From the IMG/VR virus record IMGVR_UViG_3300026078_000018: a stretch of 64,000 bases of DNA. The stretch is one strand, 5' to 3'. The notes beneath the pieces are model-generated. The model did not search any database. It was not told the DNA's origin and was given only the letters and a program-made list of their open reading frames with translations. This document shows, piece after piece, positions 19,181-29,860 of the stretch; position 1 is the first letter of the stretch, and each line of letters opens with the position of its first letter. The position numbers and the translations under genes are program-made. This stretch comes from a virus.

Positions 19181-19833
19181 TGTCTTACGTGACCTTGGTC
19201 AAGACGACCGTGGTGAACGCGATCCTCGGGACCTTCGACACCCAGTACCCGGTGCAGCAGTTCCAGGGCGTGCGCGCGTCGATCGAATATCCGATCAAGG
19301 AGCAGGACTACCCGGGGATCTGGGTCGACTACGACGATACCGGCGATCTGACGCGCGCCGGGATCGCGCACCTGGAGCACCACGACCCCAGCACCGGCCT
19401 GCTGGTGCCGGAGTTCACGAGGTGGAGGTTCGCGGGCGCGGCCACGTTCACGATCGTGGCCATGACCTCGCTGGAGCGAGACCGGTTGTTCGACGAGCTC
19501 GTCAACGTGATCGCGTTCGGGTCGCAGGACCCGGTGCGGGGCCGGTTCCGGCAGTTCATCGACGCGAACCCGTACGTGATCATCGAGGCGAACTACGACA
19601 CCCTGACCGTCGGCGGGTCAGCCGCTTCCCCGGGAACACCGTGGGGAAGCGACGAGATCGTGTATGAGCGCACCGTCAGTCTGGACATGATCGGTGAGTT
19701 TTTCCCGGACATGGCCACCGGGACGCCGGTGCTGCTGTCGCGGGTTCAGATCGATTTCCCGGAGCCGACGCTGCCTGGCGATGCCCCGCTGATCGGGGAG
19801 CCCTCCGGGCCCGGGGTGACCAACTGGCATTGA
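19180..19833 (+). CDS. tail terminator/completion protein
   Basis: Directly upstream of the sheath; YP....YP.I.V and ERD.L.D motifs. Confidence 0.65.
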   Translation: MSYVTLVKTTVVNAILGTFDTQYPVQQFQGVRASIEYPIKEQDYPGIWVDYDDTGDLTRAGIAHLEHHDPSTGLLVPEFTRWRFAGAATFTIVAMTSLERDRLFDELVNVIAFGSQDPVRGRFRQFIDANPYVIIEANYDTLTVGGSAASPGTPWGSDEIVYERTVSLDMIGEFFPDMATGTPVLLSRVQIDFPEPTLPGDAPLIGEPSGPGVTNWH

Positions 19834-19849
19834 GGCTGCTGGCGAGGGT

Positions 19850-19879
19850 CCTGTCCCTGCGCGCAGCTGCCGGGGCAAG
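19850..19879 (+). promoter_or_regulatory. candidate late promoter CCTGT-N22-AAG
   Basis: Intergenic, upstream of the sheath gene. Confidence 0.55.
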
Positions 19880-19908
19880 GGGGGAGACCTTCGAGCCCGG
19901 GAGCGGTG

Positions 19909-21477
19909 ATGCCCGACTTCAGCACATACCAGCCGCCGGGTGTGTACGTCCAGGACACGTCCACACCCGTGGTGACCCCTACCGGGTCAGCGGCGTCGCT
20001 GGTGACGATCGTCGGCCCTGCTTCCGGCTATGAGACAGTCACCGAGGCGGTGGCGCTGCACGTCTCGCCAGGGGTAGGGCTACAGAACCGCGGTGTGTTC
20101 ACCGCCGCGGTGACCGGTCCCCCAGCGATCGCCGCGCCGGTGGTGACGACCCAGGCAGGGCTGGTCCTGACGCCTGGGGTGGACTACTCCTTCGTCTCTG
20201 ACACCTCCGGCGGGGGCGGCTCGACGAACGCCGTGGCCATGCTGGTGCGGCTGCCGTCCGGAGGCCCGACCACCCCCACACCGAATGGCGCGAACGAAGG
20301 CGACATCGTCACCGTCACCTACTCTTTCGCCGACGCCGACTACTACACCCCAACCCTGTTCACCGCCTACGACCAGCTGGCGGCGACCTACGGCCCGGCG
20401 CTGGCGACAGTGGCCCCGGCAGATCCGAACACCTCGCAGGTGACCTCGCCGATCACCTACGCCGCGAAGATCGCGTTCGAGAACGGGGCCGGGCAGATCC
20501 TGGCGCTGGCCACCAACCCGGCCGACGGAGACTTCCGCACCCAGCTGCAGGTGGCGTACACGAAGCTGCTGGCCAACCCCAGCGTGTCGATCATCGTGCC
20601 GGTGCTTGCCGACGGGCTGGTGTACGGCAACTCCACTTCGGACGCGCACACCGCTTCCGCGGTGGAGAACATGGTCTCCGACGTGCGGCTGCACTGCGAC
20701 AATTCCGCAGTCAACGGCTACGGCCGCATCGCCATCGTCGGTGTCGACCGCAACTACGACAGCACCACCGAGCCGTTCCCGGCGCTGGCCAGGTTTGCCG
20801 GGGACAAGCGCGTGGTGCTGGCGTACCCGAACCGGTTGCTGGCCAGCAACCCGGCGACCGCCACCACCATGGAGGTCGGCGGCATGTACCTGGCCGCCGC
20901 CTATGCCGGACAGCTGGCGTACAACCCCGTGGCCCGCGGCCTGACCCGCATGACCGTCCGCTCCTTCACCGGCATCCCCCCGGTGGTGCAGCAGGCGATG
21001 ACGCTGACCGCCAACAACGCGATGTCCCAGGCCGGGGTCGCCGTCACCGAGCTCAACCGGCTGGGCCAGCTGGTGGTCCGGCACGGTGTCACCACCGACC
21101 CGTCCAGTCTGATCAACCGCGAGATCTCGCTGGTGCGGATCGCCGACACCCTGTTCCAGCTGGTGCAGTCGGGCCTGGACTTCGTAGGCCTGATCGGCCA
21201 GCCGATCACCGCCGACATGCCCACCCAGGTCAAGGGAGCCGTCTCCACGATCTTGGAGAACGCGCGCCTGTCCTCGGTGATCCAGGCCTGGGGGAACCTG
21301 CTGGTCCGGCAGCAGAGCCTGCCCAACGGCGACCCCACCGTGATCGAAGTCATGTTCGCATACGCCCCGGCGGTGCCTTTGGACTATATCGAAGTCTCCT
21401 TCGCCATCGACCTGACCACCGGCGATCTCACCAACTCCACACTCCCGGCCCAGTCCTCCACCGGCACCACGCCGTGA
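19909..21477 (+). CDS. contractile tail sheath protein
   Basis: Y.PPGVYV N-terminus; VRHGVTT..REISLVR.AD; V.F.Y.P..PL.YI.V C-terminus. Confidence 0.9.
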   Translation: MPDFSTYQPPGVYVQDTSTPVVTPTGSAASLVTIVGPASGYETVTEAVALHVSPGVGLQNRGVFTAAVTGPPAIAAPVVTTQAGLVLTPGVDYSFVSDTSGGGGSTNAVAMLVRLPSGGPTTPTPNGANEGDIVTVTYSFADADYYTPTLFTAYDQLAATYGPALATVAPADPNTSQVTSPITYAAKIAFENGAGQILALATNPADGDFRTQLQVAYTKLLANPSVSIIVPVLADGLVYGNSTSDAHTASAVENMVSDVRLHCDNSAVNGYGRIAIVGVDRNYDSTTEPFPALARFAGDKRVVLAYPNRLLASNPATATTMEVGGMYLAAAYAGQLAYNPVARGLTRMTVRSFTGIPPVVQQAMTLTANNAMSQAGVAVTELNRLGQLVVRHGVTTDPSSLINREISLVRIADTLFQLVQSGLDFVGLIGQPITADMPTQVKGAVSTILENARLSSVIQAWGNLLVRQQSLPNGDPTVIEVMFAYAPAVPLDYIEVSFAIDLTTGDLTNSTLPAQSSTGTTP

Positions 21478-21505
21478 CCTCTCTACGCACTGATTGGAGT
21501 TGATC

Positions 21506-22009
21506 ATGCCGAATGGGCAGGTCCGGGTCGTCGGAAGCGGCCACACAGTCTTCTACTACCAGGGCGCCGCGATTGCCTTCTGCGAAGGCGTCGAGGACTC
21601 CGGCCAGAAGGCGTTCTCGGACTTGGGGCAGCCGTTCCAGTTCATCCACCCGCTGGGCTCCCAGCACCCGGTGGAGATCGCCACCTCAGATGTGCTGCAG
21701 GGCGGCACGCTGATCCTGACCATCCGCGAGCTCTGGAACGCGCCAGTGTGGCAGCAGCTGGCGGGTTTGGCCGGAACCAACAACATCGCAGACGTTTTCG
21801 CCGCGCTCAACAGGAACCCGGCCTACGTGTCCTGCCAGACGATCATCAAGCCGCCGAGCACCGAAAACAACCCCGGAGCCTGGCGCGGCAAAAACTACAT
21901 CAACTGCAAGGTCGTCGACATCCAGGACGGCGACACCATCACCGTCGGGGCCCTGGCGGTCACCAAGTCCATCACCGTCGCCTACACCCACACCACGTCC
22001 CTGAGGTAG
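21506..22009 (+). CDS. tail tube protein
   Basis: About 167 aa, directly after the sheath; beta-rich. Confidence 0.8.
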   Translation: MPNGQVRVVGSGHTVFYYQGAAIAFCEGVEDSGQKAFSDLGQPFQFIHPLGSQHPVEIATSDVLQGGTLILTIRELWNAPVWQQLAGLAGTNNIADVFAALNRNPAYVSCQTIIKPPSTENNPGAWRGKNYINCKVVDIQDGDTITVGALAVTKSITVAYTHTTSLR

Positions 22010-22011
22010 CC

Positions 22012-22536
22012 GTGCACGACGAATACGCCCCCTACGACCCCGTCGAAACCCTCGGTATCCGCGCCTCCACTCCAGATGACACGCCCGCCGAGGTCCCCGA
22101 GACGCCGGAGGCTCTGCCAGAGTTCGACCCCAGGTTCCGCGATGACTTCACCGGCCTGATCCACATCGGCGCGCTCTCGCGGAACATCGACTTCCTCGGG
22201 CACCAAATCAGAATCAGGACTCTGAAAAGCAACGAACTACTGGCCATCGGGGAGATCACCAAACCGTATCTGGCCACCTTGTCTGAGGCCAAGGCCTACA
22301 CCCAGGCCGTGGTATCGATGGCCGTGATGACCGTGGACGGCCAGGAGCTGCCGTCGCTTCCGCTGGGCGACGGCTCCCAGGTCGTCAGCTGGGCCCAGTC
22401 GAGGTTTGACTGGGTCGGCGACCAATGGCACGACACTGTCGTGGGCGCGATCTACAACCAGTACCTGGTGCTGGCCGAGACCGTGAACAAGGTGATCGAG
22501 GCCATGGGAAAAGCGTCGGGCCAGCCGGAGCAGTAG
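22012..22536 (+). CDS. tail assembly chaperone
   Basis: Between tube and tape measure; ends with slippery G GGA AAA. Confidence 0.8.
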   Translation: MHDEYAPYDPVETLGIRASTPDDTPAEVPETPEALPEFDPRFRDDFTGLIHIGALSRNIDFLGHQIRIRTLKSNELLAIGEITKPYLATLSEAKAYTQAVVSMAVMTVDGQELPSLPLGDGSQVVSWAQSRFDWVGDQWHDTVVGAIYNQYLVLAETVNKVIEAMGKASGQPEQ

Positions 22537-22910
22537 ATCCCTGGCTGCATAGGGAGCTTCGACTGGCCGACCGCCTGGGCCTGCTGCGGGGGGCGGCACT
22601 GTCACCGGTGGCCGAATACGGGCTGCGGATCCTGCTGTACGCCGAGGACGCCGCGCAGGCCAAAGAACGGGAGCAGCAGATCCGGCTGGCGTTGCTGATG
22701 CGTGGCGCAGACGGCCACGCGCTGTTTCCCGAGGTGTTCGGCCCTGGCGACAGCAAGGAGGACAGCGTGGACGCTGATGTCTCCCACGACTATGACCGCG
22801 TGAAGTGGCAGGTGCCCAGCCAGGACGAATGGGCACGCACACTGGCCGCGCTGGCTGACAGCCGCGTGTCGGTGCCGACACCGACGGACCCGAATGGGGG
22901 GTGGGTGTGA
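22506..22910 (+). CDS. -1 frameshift extension of the tail assembly chaperone
   Basis: GGGAAAA at 22506-22512; the -1 frame (GKSVGPAG...) is open to 22910. Confidence 0.8.
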   Translation, partial: GKSVGPAGAVDPWLHRELRLADRLGLLRGAALSPVAEYGLRILLYAEDAAQAKEREQQIRLALLMRGADGHALFPEVFGPGDSKEDSVDADVSHDYDRVKWQVPSQDEWARTLAALADSRVSVPTPTDPNGGWV

Positions 22911-25237
22911 TGGCACCGCTGCTGCCAGGCACCGACCCAGTCGACTACGGCAAGCTCATGGGCACGGTCGTCACCGAGCTGCAGGCGCTCGTCGCAGTCC
23001 AGCGCGAGGTCCACCAGGATTTCGTGGCCGCCCTGGGCGCCACCCGCGATTTCAGCTCCTCCAGCACCATCGCACGGCGGGCGCGTACGGGCCTGAAGGC
23101 CCTGGCCGGGGGTGCCAGCGCGAGCGCCGGGCAGATCAGCAGCTCCTCGGCACAGGCGCCGCGAGGCCCTGGGATGCTGGGGTTGGTCGACCCGGGCGCA
23201 GGACGGCTGTCAGGGCCCGTTCCGCACACCGTGGAGGACGCACGTGCCTCCGCCTACGGCGCGCAGGCCCGTCAGGTGCTCGGCGCCCTCTCCGGGTTCC
23301 CGCAGCCCGGGGTTCCCGGAGCGCGGCTTGTGCACTTTCTGGCCGGGACGAAGTCGTCACGGCCCGCGGCTACGGGTGGCGCCTTGCAGGGGGCCGGGGC
23401 GGCCCAGCAGAGCACCCAGGCGGCCGCGGCGAACCCTGGAGCCGGATCGGTGCCCTACGTGCCGGGCTACGGCTACTACGGCGGCGGTGGCACTCCGCCC
23501 ACAACCAGCCTCGGAGGGCACAGTGGTGCCGGTGGCCGGGGCTCGCACGGCGGCATTCCTCCGTCGGGTGCCGGATCCGGCGGCGGCAGTACCCATCTGG
23601 GGCTGGTGGGGACTGTCGGCTCGAAGGTCCCGGTGGTGGGACTTGCGGTGCGCGGCGTGGAAGAGATGCTCAGCCAGCGCGAGAAGAACGCCTACTATCA
23701 AAACGTTGAGGGAGGTTCCAACGCGGGCGGCTTCGGCGAGCGCCTGTCAGAGGAGGCCTACCGCTGGTCGACGCTGGGGATGTTCTCCTCCGGCGAGGCC
23801 CGGCAGGCCTTCAAGGGCGTCACCCGGATCGGCTACAACGGCCGCGTCGGCTCGGGCCACGGTCCTGGCCGTCAGCAGGCGCTGAACTTCGTCTACCACG
23901 GCAAGTCCAGCTACGGCGCCACCGTGGACGAGTCGCTGACGACGCTGCAGACCGCGTCGGAGAACACCGAAGTGTCCCTGACGAACCTGTCGAAGACGCT
24001 GAAGCAGCTCTCTGACGACGCCGGGAAGGCCGGGGAAAACGCCCAGATGGCCCGGTCGCAGATGATGGGCCTGTTCCAGCAGGCTATCTCCTCAGGATAC
24101 GGCTCCGGCGCGACGGCGGCCGCGGGCACCATCTCCGACACCATGGCCTCCTACGGCCGCTCCTACGCCAACTCCGACGCCTCCGGGCAGCTGACGCCAC
24201 AATTCGGCCGCTATGCCGCCGCGCAGGCCGGAATGACATACGGCCAGCTGGTGTCGCTGCAGAAAACCAACCCTCAGGCCGCGGCGAACGTCCGCACCGG
24301 CGTTGGCATGCAGGCGATCTCCCAGGTGCTGACCCCGCAGATGCAGCAGTTCCTGCGCCAGCAGATCGTCCAGTACGGCGGCAAAGTCGATGAGTCGACA
24401 TCGCTGCAGATCGCCAACGCGTTCCTGCAGCAGTTCGGCCGCCAGGTCGATCCGGGCGTCCTCAACAGCCAGCTCTCGGCACTCACCGGTATCAACTTCT
24501 CCGACTACGACCACGCCCTGGGCTGGGCCGCGATGCAGATGTCCGGGAACACCGAGTCCGCGCGCGCCGGGAACACGATGCCATCGGATCTGACCGGCAG
24601 CGGCACGATCTCCTCCGACCAGGCGCTCAAGTGGGGGCTGAACAGCGCCATGATGGAGGCAAGCATTTTCACAGACAAGGGCGTGAAAGCAGGCGTTTTC
24701 CCGTCGAAGGGCCAGGTCGACCCGGTGATGGCGCTGCTGTCGCAGAAGGTGAACTCCTCCAAGGAGTACGTCACGGTCCACACCGCCTCCGGTCCGCAGG
24801 TGATGCGGCTGGACCAGGCGATGCAGTCGAACCGCAATGAGCTTGCGGCAGGCCAAGTGCAGTTCGTCGGCAGCAGGAAACAGATCCAGGATCCCAAGAC
24901 CGGCAAATACACGGTGGGGCTGAGCAAGGACTCCCTGAGCGGCCAGACGGTGTCGCAGGTGCTGGGCGGCCAGGTGGACACCTCCCGGTCCTGGCAGGAC
25001 GAGGCTCAAGCTCCGGCGTCTGGCGGCGTTCCTCTGTCGCAGGTGCCGCTGGCGCAGCAACTGGCCAATCAGACTATGGCGGCCCAGACCAGTGCCAGTC
25101 AGACCGTGACGGTGGACCTGTCGGCGGACGCGCGCAAACTGCTGACCGTCATGGGACAGACCGGCACCGCGGGGGCCGCAGGGGAGGCGGCACCGCCGCT
25201 GAACCCGTTCGCGGTCAACCCCTCGATCAACCGGTAG
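22910..25237 (+). CDS. tape measure protein
   Basis: About 775 aa, Ala/Gly/Gln-rich, after the chaperones. Confidence 0.8.
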   Translation: MAPLLPGTDPVDYGKLMGTVVTELQALVAVQREVHQDFVAALGATRDFSSSSTIARRARTGLKALAGGASASAGQISSSSAQAPRGPGMLGLVDPGAGRLSGPVPHTVEDARASAYGAQARQVLGALSGFPQPGVPGARLVHFLAGTKSSRPAATGGALQGAGAAQQSTQAAAANPGAGSVPYVPGYGYYGGGGTPPTTSLGGHSGAGGRGSHGGIPPSGAGSGGGSTHLGLVGTVGSKVPVVGLAVRGVEEMLSQREKNAYYQNVEGGSNAGGFGERLSEEAYRWSTLGMFSSGEARQAFKGVTRIGYNGRVGSGHGPGRQQALNFVYHGKSSYGATVDESLTTLQTASENTEVSLTNLSKTLKQLSDDAGKAGENAQMARSQMMGLFQQAISSGYGSGATAAAGTISDTMASYGRSYANSDASGQLTPQFGRYAAAQAGMTYGQLVSLQKTNPQAAANVRTGVGMQAISQVLTPQMQQFLRQQIVQYGGKVDESTSLQIANAFLQQFGRQVDPGVLNSQLSALTGINFSDYDHALGWAAMQMSGNTESARAGNTMPSDLTGSGTISSDQALKWGLNSAMMEASIFTDKGVKAGVFPSKGQVDPVMALLSQKVNSSKEYVTVHTASGPQVMRLDQAMQSNRNELAAGQVQFVGSRKQIQDPKTGKYTVGLSKDSLSGQTVSQVLGGQVDTSRSWQDEAQAPASGGVPLSQVPLAQQLANQTMAAQTSASQTVTVDLSADARKLLTVMGQTGTAGAAGEAAPPLNPFAVNPSINR

Positions 25238-25243
25238 GCGCCG

Positions 25244-25897
25244 ATGTCGTTTGCGACGCTGGGTTTTGCAGGTGGCCCGAAAGCCACCTTCCGGGTCGAC
25301 CCCCAGGAGATCTCCTGGGGATATCAGATGCACACCTCGGTCATCGAAACCGTCGGTGGCCGCGTGGTGCAGGTGACCGGCGCGACTTTGTCTGACATCA
25401 CGATCAACGGGCTGTACGGGGAGGACCGCACCCGCGGCCGCGGCGCGCCTGGTGTAGACCACCCCGGCAAGGGGTGGCGGCTGGCCGAGGAGTTCGTGTC
25501 GACCATCCGGTCCCTGATGGCGTTCCAGTCCGGCGGCACCACCGTGCAGGGGCAAGCCACGGTCGCGCCTGCAGTGTTCTCCTACCCGCCGATGGGCTGG
25601 CAGTTCCGCGTCTATATCAAAGACCTGTCAGATCCGGACGGCGGCGCCGTCACCCACAAGGTCGGGAAGATCAGCTACGGGTACAGCCTGACCTTGTTCG
25701 TCGTCCAGGACGACTCCGACACCCTCACCCGAGCCGGATCCTCCGGCGGCGTCATGAACGCCACCAAAGCCGCGGCCATCGACACCTACATCAACCGGAT
25801 CTCCGACGGTGTCGGCTGGCACTACTCCCCATACAACGGGGGCACCCCTTCGAACACTTCGCTGGGGTCGTCCAGCCAGGGAGGGACCACCCAGTGA
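25244..25897 (+). CDS. baseplate/tube-initiator-like protein
   Basis: FRVDP..I.W.Y......ETVGGRVVQ; position. Confidence 0.65.
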   Translation: MSFATLGFAGGPKATFRVDPQEISWGYQMHTSVIETVGGRVVQVTGATLSDITINGLYGEDRTRGRGAPGVDHPGKGWRLAEEFVSTIRSLMAFQSGGTTVQGQATVAPAVFSYPPMGWQFRVYIKDLSDPDGGAVTHKVGKISYGYSLTLFVVQDDSDTLTRAGSSGGVMNATKAAAIDTYINRISDGVGWHYSPYNGGTPSNTSLGSSSQGGTTQ

Positions 25898-26100
25898 GTT
25901 TCGCCTCCGACGTCCCCGTATCGCTGCCCGCCCCGATCGGCCCCGACGACTCCCTGGTGGACATGTACGGGTTCTGCCTCACCAAATGGGGCGTGCGCCC
26001 GGCGCTGTCCGCCACCGACCACGAGCACCTCTCCACCCTGCAGCACGCCGCAACCCCGGGGCCGATCGTGTGGGACGACGCGCACCTGGAGGGCCGGTAG
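25894..26100 (+). CDS. small tail-region protein
   Basis: GTGA coupling; fills the gap between tail genes. Confidence 0.6.
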   Translation: MSFASDVPVSLPAPIGPDDSLVDMYGFCLTKWGVRPALSATDHEHLSTLQHAATPGPIVWDDAHLEGR

Positions 26101-26745
26101 GTGGCTATCACCCCCGACGGAGGCTTCGCAGGCCCCCTGCCGCGGCCGGGCCTGAACGGCACCCTGTCCTACCCCGACAGCGCCGGAACCGTACACGGCT
26201 TCCAGATCCGCGTAGAGGCACTCACCCACGCCCTCAAGCCCGTCTTCGACGAATCCTCCGGACGCAATCGGCGCGCGATGTACCCGCACCGCATGTCCGA
26301 CACGCAGTTCGTGCTTGGGCTGGTGACCGTCGGGCAGTCCGAGCGGCAGGCCTTCACCCAGTTCCTCGGAGGCTTCGCCGCCACGCTGCTGAACCCGGGC
26401 GCCAGCACGGTGTCGGTAATGACCGTGAACGTGCCGGTACGGAACTTCACCAGGCGAGGGATTCCGCTGTCCGGTTTCGAATGGGGTGTGAAGCTCGGCC
26501 AGACGGTCTTCCACTCCCAGGTGGTTTTCGAGACGTCCTGGAGCCCTGTGGACGGGCCGTCGGATCCGGTCGCCTCCGGCGTTCCAGGCGCCTCGGCGGT
26601 CGGGGACCCGGCTGTGCAGTACTTCTATCCGTTCGGCACACAACTGTCCGGGGACCAGGTGCCTGGCGGCGGTCCACTGCCGGAGTGGGCGCAGGTGCTG
26701 GCCGGGCTCGCGCGGCTGCTTGACCCGGCCAGCTGGGGGCAATGA
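26101..26745 (+). CDS. tail/baseplate protein
   Basis: GGAGG RBS; operon position. Confidence 0.65.
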   Translation: MAITPDGGFAGPLPRPGLNGTLSYPDSAGTVHGFQIRVEALTHALKPVFDESSGRNRRAMYPHRMSDTQFVLGLVTVGQSERQAFTQFLGGFAATLLNPGASTVSVMTVNVPVRNFTRRGIPLSGFEWGVKLGQTVFHSQVVFETSWSPVDGPSDPVASGVPGASAVGDPAVQYFYPFGTQLSGDQVPGGGPLPEWAQVLAGLARLLDPASWGQ

Positions 26746-26746
26746 T

Positions 26747-29404
26747 ATGGGATCACTAATCTACGCACCGCAGGTGACGATCTACATTCGGACCGCCTCC
26801 GGCATCACCTACGACGTCTCCGACGATGTGACCGCAGGCCAGGTCGTCCGCCGCTCCGATGGCGTGTCCACGGCACAGTTCACCATGCAGAACGCGCGCC
26901 GCAAATATGACGAGGTCTTCACACCGAACGACCGTGTCATCATCTTGGCAAAGCGGCTGGCATGGATGCGGATCTTCACCGGCTATCTGAACACGGTGCC
27001 GCTGCTGTCGATCTGGCCGACCGAGGTGACTTTGACCGCTTCGTGCACTCTGAAACGTCCTCAGTACTGGTTCTGGAACCCCATGACCCAGGCGACCCAG
27101 ACCATGATCAGCAACGCGTTCGCCGCGGCCTCCGGGGACGCCTCCACCTCCGACGGCGGCGCGGGAGCCGCCGCGCTAGCGATCTTGAACAACGTCATGG
27201 GCTGGCCCCCGTCCAAAGCCCACATCGGCGCTATTCCTGCCCGCTGGCTCGACATCGCCTACAAGATCGCCCAGCAGGTCCAGTCGTCCGAGGGGGCCTC
27301 GGACCGGTTGGCCGCGCAGTTCTATTCGAACTTGACCGCAGGCGGCATCGTCGGCGGCGTCCCCAACGGCCCAGCCATCTCCGGTGTCCTCAAAGGCTCC
27401 TACGGCCCGTTCAGTGGCCAGCAGCTCCGCAACGCAGAGACCATCTACAGCGTCGGGGTGTCCAAGGGTGCCTCCTTGGACGACATCACCGTGGCACTGA
27501 TGGTGTCGATGGCCGGGGCCAGCCTCAACAACGCGATCCTGCCGAACGCCCAGGGGTACATGGGGCTGTTCCACCAGAAGCCCGCGGACGGCTGGGGAAC
27601 CTTCGAACAGCTGCTCAACCCTACCTACGCGGCCTCCGCGTTCTTCGACAAGCTGTTGACGGTCGGCACCCGCTCCTCGCTGACCCCCGCGGCGCAGGCC
27701 CAGATGGTCTCCAAGATCCCGAACGTGACCAACTACGCCTCCTTCGAGCCCTACGCCGAGCAGATGGTCGCCGACATCTCCAAGGCCCAGGCTTCCAACG
27801 TGCCATCGGCCGCCAACAACCCGCTGCCGCAGGGCTTCAACCCCAACTCCCGGCCCACCGGCACCTCCACCGGCGCCGACTTCGCCACCACCGCCGTCAA
27901 CTTCGTCCAGCAGTACCCGACCATCCCCTACAGCGAAGACTTCGGCGGCACCCAGATGGCGGTCATCTCCGCCTCGCCGCCCCCGGGACTGGACTGCAGC
28001 TCCTTTGTCCAGGCCGCCTATCTGCGCGCTCTCGGCTCGCTCTACGACTGCCCACGCGTGGCCAGCGACCAGTCGGCCTGGTGCACCCAGATGCTCACCG
28101 CCGCCCAGGGCCTGGCCACTCCGGGTGCGTTGATGTTCAAGGGGCCCGGGAAGGGAAGCGCCAGCCACGTCGAGATCAGCCTCGGCGACGGCCATCACAC
28201 CGTCGGCTCCCACCACTCCGGCACCTACGCCTCCATCGGCGGCGACGGAGCCGGATACTGGGACTACGCAGGCCTACCCCCGCGGATGACCTTCAGCATC
28301 GCCGGAGGCGCCCCCACCGCCCTGCAACTCGCTGGGGACGCAGCAGGAGCCAACGGCGGCACCACCACCACACCCACCTCCGCCGCGGCCGCAGCAGCAG
28401 CCGGGGCAGCCGGGCTCGTCGCAGCACCCAACCCCACCCCCTTCTCCTCCACCCCGGGCTACAACCCGAATGATCGTTTCGACAGCCTGTTCGGCGACAA
28501 GGCCTGGGTCGCCGTCTCCTCCTACGACGCCACCGACCCCGACTACATCCTGGCCAACTCCCTGTCCGGCGCCCGCGCCCTGCTGGACGACCAGCCCCTG
28601 CTGCCGTATCTGAAACAACTGTTCGGCGCTTCGATGCGGAGCTTCTCCTCGGCGCCCAACGGCGACCTGATCGCATGGTTCCCGGACTACTACGGGATCT
28701 GGGGGACTGCGCCGGTCATGACCATCGAGGCTATTGAGTGCAAGAGTTTCGCGGTCAACTGGTCCGACGACTACCTGGTAACCCATCAATTCACTGCATC
28801 CACCCCCGGGGTCGGCGCCGGGGTCAACACTTTCGACCCAGCCACCGGCTCCCTGTCCGGCACCGGCATCGACCCCTCCGTGCTGGTCTTCAACTCCTCA
28901 GTGGCCTCGATCGACATCCCCGCCGTGATGTACGCCCTTTTCGGGCTGGAAGCCACCGAAGCCGACGCCGCCAACTTCGCCGCCTGGATCTACCGCCGCT
29001 TCGGCGCGCGCCCGGACTACCAGGCTGTGCCGGGTCTGGTCGGACCCGCCGCCGGATTCTTCGCCGCGCTGTACCTGTTCATGCGGCAGTGGGCGTTCCA
29101 GTACTCGGCGACGATGCCGCTGACGTGGATGCCGGAGGTGTGGCCGGGGATGCTGCTGCAGGCCCCGTGGGCCGATTTCCAGTGCTACGTCAACGCCGTG
29201 ACGCACACTTTCCAGTTCGGAGAGAATGGGTTCTTCAACACAGACGTGAACATCGCGGCCCCCGCGCGGATGCCGAAAGCCGACAACCCCAACGGCCACG
29301 TGCTGTTGGGGCTGCCGCTAGCCGGTGGGCTGGCACAGCCCTCCACCCCCAGCCCGATCCCGTCGAACGGCCCGCACGGCCGCATGTACACCGGCAACGA
29401 CTGA
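26747..29404 (+). CDS. baseplate hub with lysozyme-like and NlpC/P60 peptidase domains
   Basis: GLDCSSFV...PGALMF...HV.I (NlpC/P60); GLFHQ....WG......P.YAA..FF (lysozyme-like). Confidence 0.8.
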   Translation: MGSLIYAPQVTIYIRTASGITYDVSDDVTAGQVVRRSDGVSTAQFTMQNARRKYDEVFTPNDRVIILAKRLAWMRIFTGYLNTVPLLSIWPTEVTLTASCTLKRPQYWFWNPMTQATQTMISNAFAAASGDASTSDGGAGAAALAILNNVMGWPPSKAHIGAIPARWLDIAYKIAQQVQSSEGASDRLAAQFYSNLTAGGIVGGVPNGPAISGVLKGSYGPFSGQQLRNAETIYSVGVSKGASLDDITVALMVSMAGASLNNAILPNAQGYMGLFHQKPADGWGTFEQLLNPTYAASAFFDKLLTVGTRSSLTPAAQAQMVSKIPNVTNYASFEPYAEQMVADISKAQASNVPSAANNPLPQGFNPNSRPTGTSTGADFATTAVNFVQQYPTIPYSEDFGGTQMAVISASPPPGLDCSSFVQAAYLRALGSLYDCPRVASDQSAWCTQMLTAAQGLATPGALMFKGPGKGSASHVEISLGDGHHTVGSHHSGTYASIGGDGAGYWDYAGLPPRMTFSIAGGAPTALQLAGDAAGANGGTTTTPTSAAAAAAAGAAGLVAAPNPTPFSSTPGYNPNDRFDSLFGDKAWVAVSSYDATDPDYILANSLSGARALLDDQPLLPYLKQLFGASMRSFSSAPNGDLIAWFPDYYGIWGTAPVMTIEAIECKSFAVNWSDDYLVTHQFTASTPGVGAGVNTFDPATGSLSGTGIDPSVLVFNSSVASIDIPAVMYALFGLEATEADAANFAAWIYRRFGARPDYQAVPGLVGPAAGFFAALYLFMRQWAFQYSATMPLTWMPEVWPGMLLQAPWADFQCYVNAVTHTFQFGENGFFNTDVNIAAPARMPKADNPNGHVLLGLPLAGGLAQPSTPSPIPSNGPHGRMYTGND

Positions 29405-29436
29405 GGAGGGGAACTTTGATCCGCGCCGGAGTGGCG

Positions 29437-29661
29437 ATGACGTCGCCCCAGAATCCAAACCGCCTAGGTGTCAAACGTGTGTTCATCAGGTCGATCGACA
29501 CGGCATCCGACACGATCTACGCGACCGACCTCAACGGTGCCGAGATCCAGCTGCCGTGGCGCATCCGCCGCGTCGGGATCATCCCAGCTGTCGGCGACAC
29601 GTGGCTGGCCGATACGGCACTGGGCTTCTGGTCGCTGGCTGCGTACGTCGTTCCCGAATAA
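29437..29661 (+). CDS. small OB-fold baseplate spike-like protein
   Basis: IP.VGD.W motif typical of gpV N-termini; alternative TTG start at 29416. Confidence 0.6.
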   Translation: MTSPQNPNRLGVKRVFIRSIDTASDTIYATDLNGAEIQLPWRIRRVGIIPAVGDTWLADTALGFWSLAAYVVPE

Positions 29662-29676
29662 TGATCTTTCCGGCTA

Positions 29677-29860
29677 GTACGATTGTGAACCAGCACCACC
29701 GGATGATGACGTGTCCGGGCCTGACGGGAGTCCACGGCTCCCGGGGCATCTATCCCAGCAATCCACCGATCACGAGCCTGGGCAACGTCGAGTGGCTCAC
29801 TCAACCTCCGAGCGCGACCGGGTAATGAACGGCCCGGTCACACCTTCTTCCTCTGTCAGA
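29677..29860 (+). ncRNA. putative structured ncRNA, copy 1
   Basis: Tandem paralogue with compensatory stem changes; TACGAT -10-like box; strand inferred. Confidence 0.65.
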
